From a virus, in the UHGV virus genome UHGV-0369576: DNA of 26,400 nt; one strand, given 5' to 3'. Made by a program: the position numbers and the translations under genes. A model generated the notes under the pieces. That model was given only the letters and a program-made list of their open reading frames with translations, ran no database searches and had not been told where the DNA came from. Positions 8,666 through 17,657 of this stretch are shown here, piece by piece (the stretch's first letter is position 1; every line of letters starts with the position of its first letter).

Positions 8666-9316
8666 TTAGAAGTTCAGATTTTTCAGTGCATTCAGTGCAG
8701 AGCCCACATCCTCAGCGTCGCGCAGGGACAGTGCGCCATAGCCCCCGGCCATGAATGCTTTGGCCTGGGTACGGGAGAGTCCGACATCACGCAGGACTCT
8801 TTCGATTTTTTTCTGTTCGGGGATTTCCCCGCGGGCCAGTGCGTTCTTGACGTCGCTGATCCGCGCCTCGTCGTTAGACGGGAACGTCACCAGGCTGACT
8901 TCCCAGAGGTCGATTTCTTTCAGCAGAAAGGCTTCTTTGCTCCGGTCGTATTCCCAGTCTTTCAGGACGTACCCAATAGAAAGGCCGGTTAACGAACCGG
9001 CCTTCATGTGTGCATGTGCGCGTTTTGCGAGGGGATCATCATCAATAAGCAACCGTCCCCTGACGTAAAGCCCGACATCGTCTTCCTTCATTTCGGTGTA
9101 AACACCGATGGGTTCATCCATGCGGTGCTGCCAGAGCAGCGCAGGTAACGCTTTTCTGTCACTCCACGCCCGCAGGGAAGCAGCAAATGCCCCGGACATC
9201 ACCACATCATCGTGGCTGTCCTTTACACCAAAGACGGAGCCATACCCTTCAAACTCACCGGAGTCACTGACAGATTTCAGACTCAGCGGTACATCAAGAC
9301 GTTGTTTCGTCTGCAT
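8666..9316 (-). CDS. Prohead protease (HK97 gp4 family)
   Basis: Motif GEFEGYGSVFGVKDSHDDVV; sits between portal and capsid genes; start at 9316 chosen for its AAGGA SD. Confidence 0.85.
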   Translation of the reverse strand: MQTKQRLDVPLSLKSVSDSGEFEGYGSVFGVKDSHDDVVMSGAFAASLRAWSDRKALPALLWQHRMDEPIGVYTEMKEDDVGLYVRGRLLIDDDPLAKRAHAHMKAGSLTGLSIGYVLKDWEYDRSKEAFLLKEIDLWEVSLVTFPSNDEARISDVKNALARGEIPEQKKIERVLRDVGLSRTQAKAFMAGGYGALSLRDAEDVGSALNALKNLNF

Positions 9317-10535
9317 TGGCGTTATCCTTCTGCTTACCGGCTTTACTGCCATCGGATGGTTTCGTGGTCATGTTCATCGGTGTGAGATAGACATCCCCAC
9401 CGGGACGCGGATTCATATCTTCCAGGTCGCGGCAGTCATTGGGAGAGTAAATTCCCCAGTTGATCCCGGTGGCGTAGGCTTCAAAACGGGACTTCATATC
9501 CCCGCGCAGTAACGCCCCGGCGTTAAATTTGGCGTAATAAACGCCCTGCTTACTTTTTCGTACCAGTCCGGTGTTGATCCGCTGTTCGATGCGGGTCAGA
9601 TACGGCACCAGTGAATAGTTGATAAATCCCAGCCCCAGCTCTTCGATATTGTTGAAGGTGGCGCGATCGGTGTTCTGCACCATGTGCAACGGCACCCGGA
9701 ACAGACGACAGATTTCTTCAAGCTGAAACTTGCGGGTTTCCAGGAACTGGCTGTCCTCGGCGTTCAGCGCCATCGACTTCCAGTCCAGCCCCATCTCAAG
9801 GATCATCGGGCGGTGAGCATTGCCAAGCCCGGTGTGACGCTCCTCAAAATCTTTCTTCAGGCGCTCATAAGCCTGATCCGACAGCGTCTGTTCTGTACGC
9901 AACACACCGGACGTCACCGCACCATTGCTGAACAGTCTGGCCCCGTGCTCTTCGGTCGCTGCTGCCAGCGATATTGCCTCGCGGGCATAGGCGATGGGAT
10001 TCAGTCCCACCAGACCGTCCAGCGTCAGCGTGCGCACATGCCAGATATCTTCCTGGCTCAGTACATCCGTGGAACCGTCCGGGAATGTGACCTGATAGAC
10101 CGGCTCCCAGCGACTGTTAAGCTTCGGTACCACACAACCGGGATCGACGGGCAGCAGTTCAGCCACTTCGCCAAATGCTTTCACTTTGTAGGCGTAAAAG
10201 TTTCCCCTCAGGCACAGACAGGTGACCACCAGCTCCCAGAACTCCTGCGGCGTCATATAGCCATTGGGATGCGTGGAGATCAGCTTATGCAGACGTTCGC
10301 CGGTGGCTCTCTGTTTCAGGCTGCCGTTCAGGTGATACAGATTGCAGGGCAACATCCCGACCGACTCTGCTAGCACTCTGACGCAGGAAAAAACCGCCGT
10401 CAGTCGCATGGCCCGCTGACTGCTGATCTGCTTTCCGGTATAGGTGTCGTAAGACAACCCGATGGCATCCGCCAGCTCTGCTGGCGTGGTCACCGGCGCG
10501 TCACTTTTTCGTTGAAATAATCCCGAAAAGAACAC
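9294..10535 (-). CDS. Portal protein
   Basis: 413-aa ORF directly after the terminase genes; GTG start preceded by GGAGGT. Confidence 0.9.
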   Translation of the reverse strand: MFFSGLFQRKSDAPVTTPAELADAIGLSYDTYTGKQISSQRAMRLTAVFSCVRVLAESVGMLPCNLYHLNGSLKQRATGERLHKLISTHPNGYMTPQEFWELVVTCLCLRGNFYAYKVKAFGEVAELLPVDPGCVVPKLNSRWEPVYQVTFPDGSTDVLSQEDIWHVRTLTLDGLVGLNPIAYAREAISLAAATEEHGARLFSNGAVTSGVLRTEQTLSDQAYERLKKDFEERHTGLGNAHRPMILEMGLDWKSMALNAEDSQFLETRKFQLEEICRLFRVPLHMVQNTDRATFNNIEELGLGFINYSLVPYLTRIEQRINTGLVRKSKQGVYYAKFNAGALLRGDMKSRFEAYATGINWGIYSPNDCRDLEDMNPRPGGDVYLTPMNMTTKPSDGSKAGKQKDNANADETTS

Positions 10536-10717
10536 TATTTACCTCCGCCGACAGACGGCTGTGTACGGTCGAGATATCGCGCCACCAGCCACGACCAGAA
10601 CAGGCACAGCACCCCGGCAACAACAAAACCCGCCGGGGGATAAATCAGCCAGGCACCATACGCCAGCAAAAGCGCACCCAGCACGCCCACCAGTGGCGCG
10701 AGAATTATCAGAAACAT
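10535..10717 (-). CDS. Small two-helix membrane protein (60 aa)
   Basis: Two hydrophobic stretches ([18 protein letters not shown] and [17 protein letters not shown]); GAGG SD; coupled between TerL and portal. Confidence 0.5.
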   Translation of the reverse strand: MFLIILAPLVGVLGALLLAYGAWLIYPPAGFVVAGVLCLFWSWLVARYLDRTQPSVGGGK

Positions 10718-10728
10718 AATGACCTCGG

Positions 10729-12486
10729 TTAAAGCGAACGGATGCCCACGCTGACCAGATGTTCAGACAGATCCAGCTCCGGTTCACCACCATTGACCAG
10801 CATCCGGCTCATTGCTGTAAACATCGCAACAGGGCCGTCGATTTTGGCTTCCAGCGTGGATTTATTCGGGAAGATATTGTCGTTTTTGTCCGGTTTTACC
10901 GTAACGTTAGACATCATCCAGTTCATGACCGGATGATTGCTGTGATGGAAACGCCCGGCATAGACCAGTGATTCCGTTTCCTTCATGGCCTCTGACAGAT
11001 TGCGAACCGTCTGCGGAACCTCCACCAGCGGTATCCCTTCTTCAGCCAGTGCCAGGCTGAACTGCATCGCGCTCCACGGGTCAAATCCCAGTTCCCTGAG
11101 GTTTTCACCACCAATCCATTCCAGTAAGTCACTTTTTATCTGAGCATGATCGATAACATCACCATCCGTCAGAATCAGCTTATCCATCTCCGCCCACTTC
11201 CGGTAAAGTTCTGCCTGCTGCCGCGAGCATCGTTCCAGCCGTCCTTCCGGAAGCCAGAATTTAAAATCGGCATGAACATGCCCGTTATCCGTTCGCCAGA
11301 GTTTTGCCGCCGCACAGATATCAATCTTATGAGCAAGGTCAACGCCGACCCACATGGGATACGTTTTCAGCTCATGTCGTGGGGCAATGTATTCGCACTT
11401 CTCCCACTTAATCATGTCCATCCAGGCAGACTCTGCTGTTACCCACACATTCATGTGTTTGGTAAAAAAATTCACCCGCGCAGAGACCTGTTCTTTCGCT
11501 TTTTTCGCCAGGCGACGCAGATCATCCCAGCGTTTACAGATGCCCAGGCCGGGATTCGCTTTCTGCCAGACCGTTTCATCAAACGGATCATCTCCCTCAT
11601 CGAGGGTGTAAATAATCGCAAAGTAGGAGTCGTCTTTTACAGCGCCCTCCACATCGCTGTTATAGCCACGCAATACCTTGATGGCGTAATCACGCTGCTC
11701 GTAACAAATCCCTTCCTTGTTAAACCCTGCCGTGGTGATACCAAATAACAGGGACTGCAGGCGGGCACCGGTTGCCGTTTCCAGAACGTCCCACACGTCG
11801 CGGGTTTTATGTGCATGCAGCTCATCAATAATGGCGCAGTGGATGTTCAGACCATCCAGGTTGTTTGCATCCGAGGAAAGCGGTTCAAATTTTGATGCGC
11901 TCTGCTCCTGGTAAATCGCCAGCTTGTTGAAATCAAACAACCGCCCGAGTGTCGACCGGGCTTTTCTGACCATATTTTTGGCGTCTTCAAACACAATTCT
12001 GGCCTGGTCACGCGTGGTGGCGGCTGAATACACCTCAGCACCGCCTTCACCATCTGCCCCCGTCATATACAGGCCGATACCCGATGACAGAGTTGATTTT
12101 GCGTTTTTACGGGCGACTTCGTTGTACGCCGTCCGGAACCGGCGCACCATCACCGGACGTCCGCTGCCATCGCTGCGCATGACAACTTCCCCGGTCTCTT
12201 CATTCACCAGCGGAATGACAAAACCAAAAATATTAATGAGGATAAATACATGCCAGTCCATCAGTTCAATGGGCTGGCCTGCCAGCGCCCCTTTTACATG
12301 AGGCACAAATTTGTAGAAATTCAGGATGTGCTGCGCACGGGGTTCACTGAAATAAATCCCCCGCTCTTCGCCGTACTTCAGATCATCAAGAAAACGCTGG
12401 CAGGCCAAGCGGACAAATTCGCCAGCAACAATTTCTCCTGCAACAACACGTTCGGCGTAGCGGATCCCGTCAGCCACTTTTGCCAT
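10729..12486 (-). CDS. Terminase large subunit
   Basis: 585-aa ORF; ATPase and nuclease regions typical of TerL; ATGA overlap with TerS stop. Confidence 0.9.
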   Translation of the reverse strand: MAKVADGIRYAERVVAGEIVAGEFVRLACQRFLDDLKYGEERGIYFSEPRAQHILNFYKFVPHVKGALAGQPIELMDWHVFILINIFGFVIPLVNEETGEVVMRSDGSGRPVMVRRFRTAYNEVARKNAKSTLSSGIGLYMTGADGEGGAEVYSAATTRDQARIVFEDAKNMVRKARSTLGRLFDFNKLAIYQEQSASKFEPLSSDANNLDGLNIHCAIIDELHAHKTRDVWDVLETATGARLQSLLFGITTAGFNKEGICYEQRDYAIKVLRGYNSDVEGAVKDDSYFAIIYTLDEGDDPFDETVWQKANPGLGICKRWDDLRRLAKKAKEQVSARVNFFTKHMNVWVTAESAWMDMIKWEKCEYIAPRHELKTYPMWVGVDLAHKIDICAAAKLWRTDNGHVHADFKFWLPEGRLERCSRQQAELYRKWAEMDKLILTDGDVIDHAQIKSDLLEWIGGENLRELGFDPWSAMQFSLALAEEGIPLVEVPQTVRNLSEAMKETESLVYAGRFHHSNHPVMNWMMSNVTVKPDKNDNIFPNKSTLEAKIDGPVAMFTAMSRMLVNGGEPELDLSEHLVSVGIRSL

Positions 12487-12968
12487 CAGTCTCTCGCTTT
12501 TAAAAGCTCCGCCAGCGGATCAACATCATCCGGTCCGGCGATATTTACTTTAGCCCGGCTTGCCGGTGACATACCAAACTCTGCAAGCATTGCCCGGATC
12601 CGCTTCCAGGCATCCGCTTTCATTGCCGCCGCGGGGTGCGCCTTAATCAGTACATCACCGCTCTGCGTTTCCGTGCGGTAGGTATACCCCTCAACATCGA
12701 GTGTTTCGCAGTGATGCCGATATTCGGTGTAGGCTTCCACCAGCAACTCGAGCGCACGCGCATCAAGCTGAGAAATGATCCCTTCCGCATTCAGCTCTTC
12801 CGCCATTCGCCTGAACCAGTACTTCCCCTGAGCCCCTAAATGCTGCGGAATTTTAGGAAGACCTTTTTCATCCTTTTTAGCGGTTTTTTTGTGGTCTTTA
12901 ACGGGGCGCTTTGAGGGGTTGCCTCGAATCAAATGCAGGCGTGGCGGGGTTTTCGGAGGTCCTGACAT
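12486..12968 (-). CDS. Terminase small subunit (P27-family-like)
   Basis: 160-aa basic N-terminus protein directly upstream of and coupled to TerL. Confidence 0.8.
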   Translation of the reverse strand: MSGPPKTPPRLHLIRGNPSKRPVKDHKKTAKKDEKGLPKIPQHLGAQGKYWFRRMAEELNAEGIISQLDARALELLVEAYTEYRHHCETLDVEGYTYRTETQSGDVLIKAHPAAAMKADAWKRIRAMLAEFGMSPASRAKVNIAGPDDVDPLAELLKARD

Positions 12969-13116
12969 AATCGGTCTTACCTATCAATCGTTTGTTCACA
13001 TTTCCAAAAAAAAGTTTTCGAACCTGCGGCGATATGAGGAAGGGTCAGGCGGCGGTACTGAGCAGCCAGGGTTGCAGAGATTTGACCCGCCCCTCCCCTA
13101 CAGATGGGAACTGTTA

Positions 13117-13467
13117 TCAATTGATGCGTTCGCGCGCTGTTTTTGCTTTATGACAGGGCCAGCACAGACTCTGCAGGTTACTGTCTGCATCCGTGCCACC
13201 ATGAGCTTTCGGAATGATGTGGTCCACAGTTCTGGCTTCAACGGCTCTCCCATTGCGCAGGCAGTTCTGACACAGATGATTATCACGCTTCAGTATGCGC
13301 GCACGTATGGCATCCCATTTCGAGCCATAGCCACGCTGGTGGCGGCTCAGTCCGCGTTGATGCTGTACCCATCCTTCGCCACGATGTTTATCGCAGTAAC
13401 CAGAACTGTCTGTGGTTGTACCTGCACATCCACGCTTACGGCAGGCGCGTGGGATTCGTGATGGCAT
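13117..13467 (-). CDS. HNH endonuclease (packaging-associated)
   Basis: Cys pairs and HNH motif (CQNCLRNGR...VDHIIPKAHGG...CWPCHKAK); immediately upstream of TerS as in HK97-like cos phages. Confidence 0.85.
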   Translation of the reverse strand: MPSRIPRACRKRGCAGTTTDSSGYCDKHRGEGWVQHQRGLSRHQRGYGSKWDAIRARILKRDNHLCQNCLRNGRAVEARTVDHIIPKAHGGTDADSNLQSLCWPCHKAKTARERIN

Positions 13468-13474
13468 AAATACC

Positions 13475-13675
13475 TCACCCCCTGTTCAGTTGAATGACGG
13501 GCTGATTCTCGATATGTTCTGCTGTCAGTCTGAAAGTCACAGTGACTGTTGGTGGCTCGCCTCCGCGTGACTCTGTCCTGGCGGAAAGCTGCCCTTCCAG
13601 TAACTCACCATCAACTGCAATCCCATACCCTGCGAAATGTTTACCACGATACAGTTTAGCGACCTGAAACTTCAT
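13475..13675 (-). CDS. Hypothetical protein (66 aa)
   Basis: ATG with AAGGAAGAG SD; coupled upstream of the HNH gene. Confidence 0.45.
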   Translation of the reverse strand: MKFQVAKLYRGKHFAGYGIAVDGELLEGQLSARTESRGGEPPTVTVTFRLTAEHIENQPVIQLNRG

Positions 13676-13919
13676 AACTCTTCCTTTTAGACATGTTAGA
13701 CGTGAACCTGTCGCACGGCAGAGTCGCCGAAAGTTTACGGTTTACCCAGGCTCACAGCTGAAAGCCTTTCTTAGATGTGCACATGCGATATGCTTTGAAT
13801 GAATTATTAAAAACTTTACTCTTTTTCAAAATTTCGTATCCTGGCTCGTTAATGTTAAAGAATTAAACGTAAGAAAGTAGTATGTTGAATCGCTTATATC
13901 AAAATACATAGGACTCAAA

Positions 13920-14405
13920 ATGCCAGAACTCGTTGATCCAACAGACTCATTAATTAGTTTTCAATACGCCTTTTCTAATGGTCTGATTAAGCCTTCACCA
14001 TGCATAGTTCACCCAAATATGAAGGTGCTTTTGGATGATGCAGAGGGTACGCCACGGTTTACTTATGCATTCTTTGAAGGAGAAAATGTTAAAGGTGTTG
14101 CTATATATGTCCCTGCAGAGTTTGTTGAAGGTAAACCATGCTTTGGCGTTGGCTATGCAGTAGCCGATGAATATAAAGCGCAAGGCATCGGTACTCAACT
14201 TCTCATCGCCAGCATTGAAGAAATGCAATACGGATTTAGAAATTCCTTCAATGAATTCTATGTAGAGGCTATTGTCGGGGTTGGTAATCAAGCCTCCAAC
14301 AAATTAGCTGCAAAAGTTTTATCTGATACTCCTGAGCCAGGGACAGATTCTTACTCAGGAAAACCTATCAATCAGTACATGAAACTTTTCAAAACCACAA
14401 AATAA
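13920..14405 (+). CDS. GNAT-fold N-acetyltransferase-like moron
   Basis: Motif-A-like VGYAVADEYKAQGIGTQLL (Q-x-x-G-x-G) and motif-B-like FYVEAIVGVGNQASNKLAAKV; opposite strand to all neighbours; AT-rich; own AGGA SD and downstream hairpin. Confidence 0.55.
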   Translation: MPELVDPTDSLISFQYAFSNGLIKPSPCIVHPNMKVLLDDAEGTPRFTYAFFEGENVKGVAIYVPAEFVEGKPCFGVGYAVADEYKAQGIGTQLLIASIEEMQYGFRNSFNEFYVEAIVGVGNQASNKLAAKVLSDTPEPGTDSYSGKPINQYMKLFKTTK

Positions 14406-14415
14406 CTACCATTCT

Positions 14416-14437
14416 GGCGCAGATTTTTGCGCCTTTT
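14416..14437 (+). terminator. Hairpin plus short T-run after the GNAT-like gene
   Basis: ggcgc-agattttt-gcgcc followed by tttt on the plus strand. Confidence 0.35.
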
Positions 14438-14583
14438 CAGGTTTGCAGTTCACCTGCCACGCTTTGTTATGCACCTGAATGTCCCGCTTCGTCTGTTGCA
14501 TTATCATAAGTAATAGCGTAGGTTGACACCTTGGCTCTCTTTCGCCACCGGCGAATCTTTAGCGGATTATCCTTGGCCGTTTT

Positions 14584-15051
14584 TTATCTGAGACATTGCT
14601 CACGAATGTATAGCTGTGCCCCTTCCAGTTGCTTCTGCATCGTCATCAACCGTTCTCTGAGGGTGAAATAATCCCGTTCAGCGGTGTCTGCCAGTCGGGG
14701 GCTGGTTGCATTATCCACGCTGGTGGGTCCGGTGGCTTCACGCACGGCTGCGGAGCAACTGGCATTGACCCGCAGGCGCTTACGACCAGCGGCAACATCA
14801 GCGCGCAGAGTTTCATTTTCAGCTTTCGCATTGGCTAATTCTCTCGAGTACTTTGCATCGAGCGCAGCAACATCACGCTGACGCTGTTGCATGTCAGCGA
14901 TGGTGGCAGTCGCCTGCTTCAGCTCACTGACTTTTTTATCACGCTGTTCTTTGTAGGCGATGGCGTTATCACGGTAATGATTGACCGCCCACGACAGGCA
15001 GACGATGGTGCAGATAACCAGAGTATAAATAATCGCTGCGACTCTGCTCAC
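14584..15051 (-). CDS. Rz: Rz i-spanin
   Basis: N-terminal TM helix then coiled-coil; GTG start overlaps endolysin stop (GTGA); contains embedded Rz1. Confidence 0.8.
   Translation of the reverse strand: MSRVAAIIYTLVICTIVCLSWAVNHYRDNAIAYKEQRDKKVSELKQATATIADMQQRQRDVAALDAKYSRELANAKAENETLRADVAAGRKRLRVNASCSAAVREATGPTSVDNATSPRLADTAERDYFTLRERLMTMQKQLEGAQLYIREQCLR
14646..14831 (-). CDS. Rz1: Rz1 o-spanin lipoprotein embedded in Rz in the +1 frame
   Basis: Signal peptide with lipobox VSAC, proline-rich mature part, entirely within Rz. Confidence 0.8.
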   Translation of the reverse strand: MRKLKMKLCALMLPLVVSACGSMPVAPQPCVKPPDPPAWIMQPAPDWQTPLNGIISPSENG

Positions 15052-15581
15052 TGATCTATCCCCCAACAGGCTAATGCGCTTTCCTGGTCACGACGAATAA
15101 CCTGTCCATAGCAGTTATTTGAACGTATGCGGCAATCGCGCCCACCATCTTTTATCCACCAGCGAATCGCCTCGCATGCGCCCTTACGATCACCGGCATT
15201 CAGCCGCTTATAAAACGTCGACGGGAAACACTTACCGGGGCCAATGTTATAGGGACAGAATGACGCTATACCCGCTTTCTGTGGTTCGGTCAGTGGTACT
15301 TTAATATTGCGCTCCACCCATGCCAGCGCCTTATCACGTTCAATAGCGTTAACCTGGTCGCATTTTTCCTTCGACAGCTTCATTCCCGGTATGACGGGCT
15401 TACCATCCACCATTGTGGCACCACGACAGATGGTCCATATACCGGAACCATCGCGGTATGCCGTAGTGTGGTTACCCTCTTTTTCATCCAGAAACTGGTC
15501 AAGTATTTGAGGAGCAGACGCGCCTGCAGCAATCAGCGCCAGAACAGCAGCTGACAGGCCGTATTTGATTTTTGCGCTCAT
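15048..15581 (-). CDS. R: SAR endolysin (lysozyme-like)
   Basis: N-terminal Gly/Ala-rich weakly hydrophobic SAR segment ([16 protein letters not shown]) followed by an E...D...T catalytic region. Confidence 0.85.
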   Translation of the reverse strand: MSAKIKYGLSAAVLALIAAGASAPQILDQFLDEKEGNHTTAYRDGSGIWTICRGATMVDGKPVIPGMKLSKEKCDQVNAIERDKALAWVERNIKVPLTEPQKAGIASFCPYNIGPGKCFPSTFYKRLNAGDRKGACEAIRWWIKDGGRDCRIRSNNCYGQVIRRDQESALACWGIDQ

Positions 15582-15636
15582 GGATATTTATCAGGATGCT
15601 ACCAATGAAAGATACTGGAAAGCCAACTGCAAAAAG

Positions 15637-15951
15637 CTAACAACCTGTAATCGAGTTATCAGAACTGTTAATTTTTATGGTATACCGCGCCTCTGAACAG
15701 GGGCGCGTTTCTGGCAACAGCTCGTCCCCTTCACATAACCCGGCAGCAACATCCAGGAAGACCTGTCTGATGCTCCTTCTGGCTGCTGCCTCATAAAACT
15801 CCAGCGCGGCACCTTCAACACGGTCCAGCGAGATGTCCAAGCCAAAAATTTCACCGTCAAAGCGTTTTTTGTCCCGTAACGCTAAAGTTACCGTAACTTT
15901 ATTCTCAAAATTGCGGATCCCTTTCACAATCAGTTCATAGTTTTGAGTCAT
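15637..15951 (-). CDS. Hypothetical protein (104 aa) inserted between holin and endolysin
   Basis: ATG at 15951 with GGAGAG SD, 4 nt after the holin stop; no TM segment; no recognisable motif. Confidence 0.6.
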   Translation of the reverse strand: MTQNYELIVKGIRNFENKVTVTLALRDKKRFDGEIFGLDISLDRVEGAALEFYEAAARRSIRQVFLDVAAGLCEGDELLPETRPCSEARYTIKINSSDNSITGC

Positions 15952-15955
15952 TGAA

Positions 15956-16171
15956 TTACTCTCCCCGTGCAGCCTTACGCTTGTCTTCTCTGATTTTGAA
16001 GTACAGATTTGTCAGATAAGTCAGGAAGCCCAGAACCAGACTCCCCAGTACACCAATCGCAGCCCACTGTGACGGACTGACCTGATCAAGCCACTGTAAA
16101 AACCAGTAGCCAGCACTGCCTGCGGAGGTGCCGTAGGCAATGCCCGTTGAAATTTTGTCCATGGATTTCAT
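15956..16171 (-). CDS. S: Pinholin (phage 21 S-like) with dual-start motif
   Basis: 71 aa, [30 protein letters not shown]..., two TM helices, MKSM dual start; GGAGGTGAGG SD. Confidence 0.9.
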   Translation of the reverse strand: MKSMDKISTGIAYGTSAGSAGYWFLQWLDQVSPSQWAAIGVLGSLVLGFLTYLTNLYFKIREDKRKAARGE

Positions 16172-16229
16172 AGCCTCACCTCCGCAAATAACGGATGGCG
16201 TAGTTTTACACTGAGAAATGAAAGGGATT

Positions 16230-16255
16230 TGAAAAGAAAAAACCGCAAAAGCGGG
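16230..16255 (-). terminator. Terminator-like hairpin upstream of the holin gene
   Basis: ccgc-aaaa-gcgg stem followed on the minus strand by a T-rich run. Confidence 0.35.
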
Positions 16256-16330
16256 CGAAACGATATATACAGAAAGGAAAGCACTCTATCCAACAAACCA
16301 CCCACAGTTAATCGGAATAAAAGCAGAGTG

Positions 16331-16404
16331 CTTATGAATGATCGCCTGCCCGAAGGTTAGTATTTCTGCACAGCAATTTTGCAAAAAAAGGCGATCATTC
16401 ATAA
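16331..16404. repeat. Perfect 15-bp inverted repeat separated by 43 bp
   Basis: ttatgaatgatcgcc at about 16332..16346 and its reverse complement ggcgatcattcataa at about 16390..16404. Confidence 0.7.
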
Positions 16405-16463
16405 CTTAAACGTCTTTCAGTCACTCCGGGATTTCCCATCATCGCAGACTGAAAGACTCTAAC

Positions 16464-16538
<75 letters not shown>

Positions 16539-16541
16539 ATA

Positions 16542-16617
<76 letters not shown>

Positions 16618-16619
16618 AC

Positions 16620-16696
16620 TGGACCGCCACCGGGGACTCGAACCTCGCACACTCAACTTAAAGGGTTGACGCTCTTTCCTGATGAGCTAGTGGCGG
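16620..16696 (-). tRNA. tRNA-like gene with non-canonical features (anticodon region CCUUUAA, possibly UUU/Lys)
   Basis: Perfect 7-bp acceptor stem starting C1-G72, D and T arms present, encoded CCA, but C at position 33 and an A-C mismatch in the T stem. Confidence 0.45.
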
Positions 16697-16697
16697 C

Positions 16698-16773
16698 TGG
16701 TGGCCCTTGCTGGATTTGAACCAGCGACCTGGCGATTATGAGTCGCTCGCTCTCACCACTGAGCTAAAGGGCC
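16698..16773 (-). tRNA. tRNA with CAU anticodon (Ile2/Met type, ileX/ileZ-like)
   Basis: Anticodon loop CUCAUAA; overall similarity to E. coli ileX from memory; encoded CCA. Confidence 0.7.
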
Positions 16774-16877
16774 GGGCGCAGGATAATAACGTTACGAAAT
16801 CAATGTTGCAAGCATTCAAAAATCACCCTTATCTCCTCCACCAGCGCATTCACCATGTCTATCCGAGATAAGTGGCA

Positions 16878-16904
16878 CAAAAAACCCGCTTGTGGGCGGG
16901 TTTT
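16878..16904 (-). terminator. tR'-like intrinsic terminator downstream of the late promoter
   Basis: cccgc-ttgtgg-gcggg stem flanked by A-run and T-run (bidirectional), about 50 nt downstream of the predicted pR' start. Confidence 0.55.
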
Positions 16905-16955
16905 GTTTGCTTTTGCCATCACGTACAAAATCGGCAAAATATCAGATTTGCATGA

Positions 16956-16984
16956 AATATATGCCTTTCAATCTACTTTTGCAA
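16956..16984 (-). promoter_or_regulatory. pR'-like late promoter
   Basis: Minus-strand TTGCAA, 17-nt spacer, TATATT, overlapping the 3' end of the Q-like gene. Confidence 0.5.
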
Positions 16985-17657
16985 CACTTTGCTTTGAAAA
17001 TGCCACCTTTTGTTTTGAACGTGTTCTCATTACAAACAATAAAGCCTCACTATCAAGTCGGTGAAAAATGTGTTTCATTGCAACCCAGTGACGAGTAAAT
17101 GTTTTGGACCAGTTTTTAGTTGTCACTCCCGCCAGTAATGCCAGCTCCTGGTATTCATAACCTTCCCCACCAAAAAGTTCTGCTTTTACTGCCTGCGCCG
17201 CCAGCCAGATTAATTTTTTCAGGCGTTCCTGCGTTTTCCCTGCAATTTTTCTGGTACCGGATTGAGTATTAAATTCATTCCACGCCCACTGTGTTATCGC
17301 GATCTGATATTCCCAACAAATACTCCCGCTGTAACACCACAACAACCAGGCTTTATGATGTTCTTCAAGAGACAGAACTGCCCGTCGCCATGATGATGTC
17401 GAAAACTCAACCTGACTTACCAGAGCAATTGATGAGCCTTTCGCCAGTGATTGTTTTCCCGGTATCGGTGGACTATCCCGCGTTATCATTCTTCCAGTCA
17501 CTTCATCGCGGTACCGGATTTTTTTACGCCTGTAACGCCCTGTATCAAACATGGCATTCTCCTGCCAGGCTTCAAGCTGACCTTTTGTTGCCCCACTCAA
17601 ATCAGCGGTAGCGATAATGAGCTGCTCACGCACAAACTGTAAATACTGGTTATTCAT
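16968..17657 (-). CDS. Late-gene antiterminator Q-like protein
   Basis: Position between RusA and the pR'/tR'/lysis genes; ATGA overlap with RusA stop; no specific motif recognised, call is positional. Confidence 0.55.
   Translation of the reverse strand: MNNQYLQFVREQLIIATADLSGATKGQLEAWQENAMFDTGRYRRKKIRYRDEVTGRMITRDSPPIPGKQSLAKGSSIALVSQVEFSTSSWRRAVLSLEEHHKAWLLWCYSGSICWEYQIAITQWAWNEFNTQSGTRKIAGKTQERLKKLIWLAAQAVKAELFGGEGYEYQELALLAGVTTKNWSKTFTRHWVAMKHIFHRLDSEALLFVMRTRSKQKVAFSKQSVAKVD

Noticed and set aside
8320-8754. 144-aa Ser/Arg-rich plus-strand ORF
   Set aside because: It lies antisense within the capsid and protease genes, has low-complexity composition and no SD; typical spurious antisense frame in GC-rich coding DNA.
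9684-10373. 229-aa plus-strand ORF
   Set aside because: Entirely antisense to the portal gene, with no independent support.
11146-11748. 200-aa plus-strand ORF
   Set aside because: Antisense within the terminase large subunit gene.
13920-14405. GNAT toxin of a type II toxin-antitoxin pair
   Set aside because: No small RHH/HTH antitoxin gene is co-transcribed; the only neighbour (13475..13675) is on the opposite strand and coupled to the HNH gene.
16172-16463. Shiga-toxin-type cargo genes between the tRNAs and holin
   Set aside because: The interval is only 292 bp with no ORF longer than about 38 codons.
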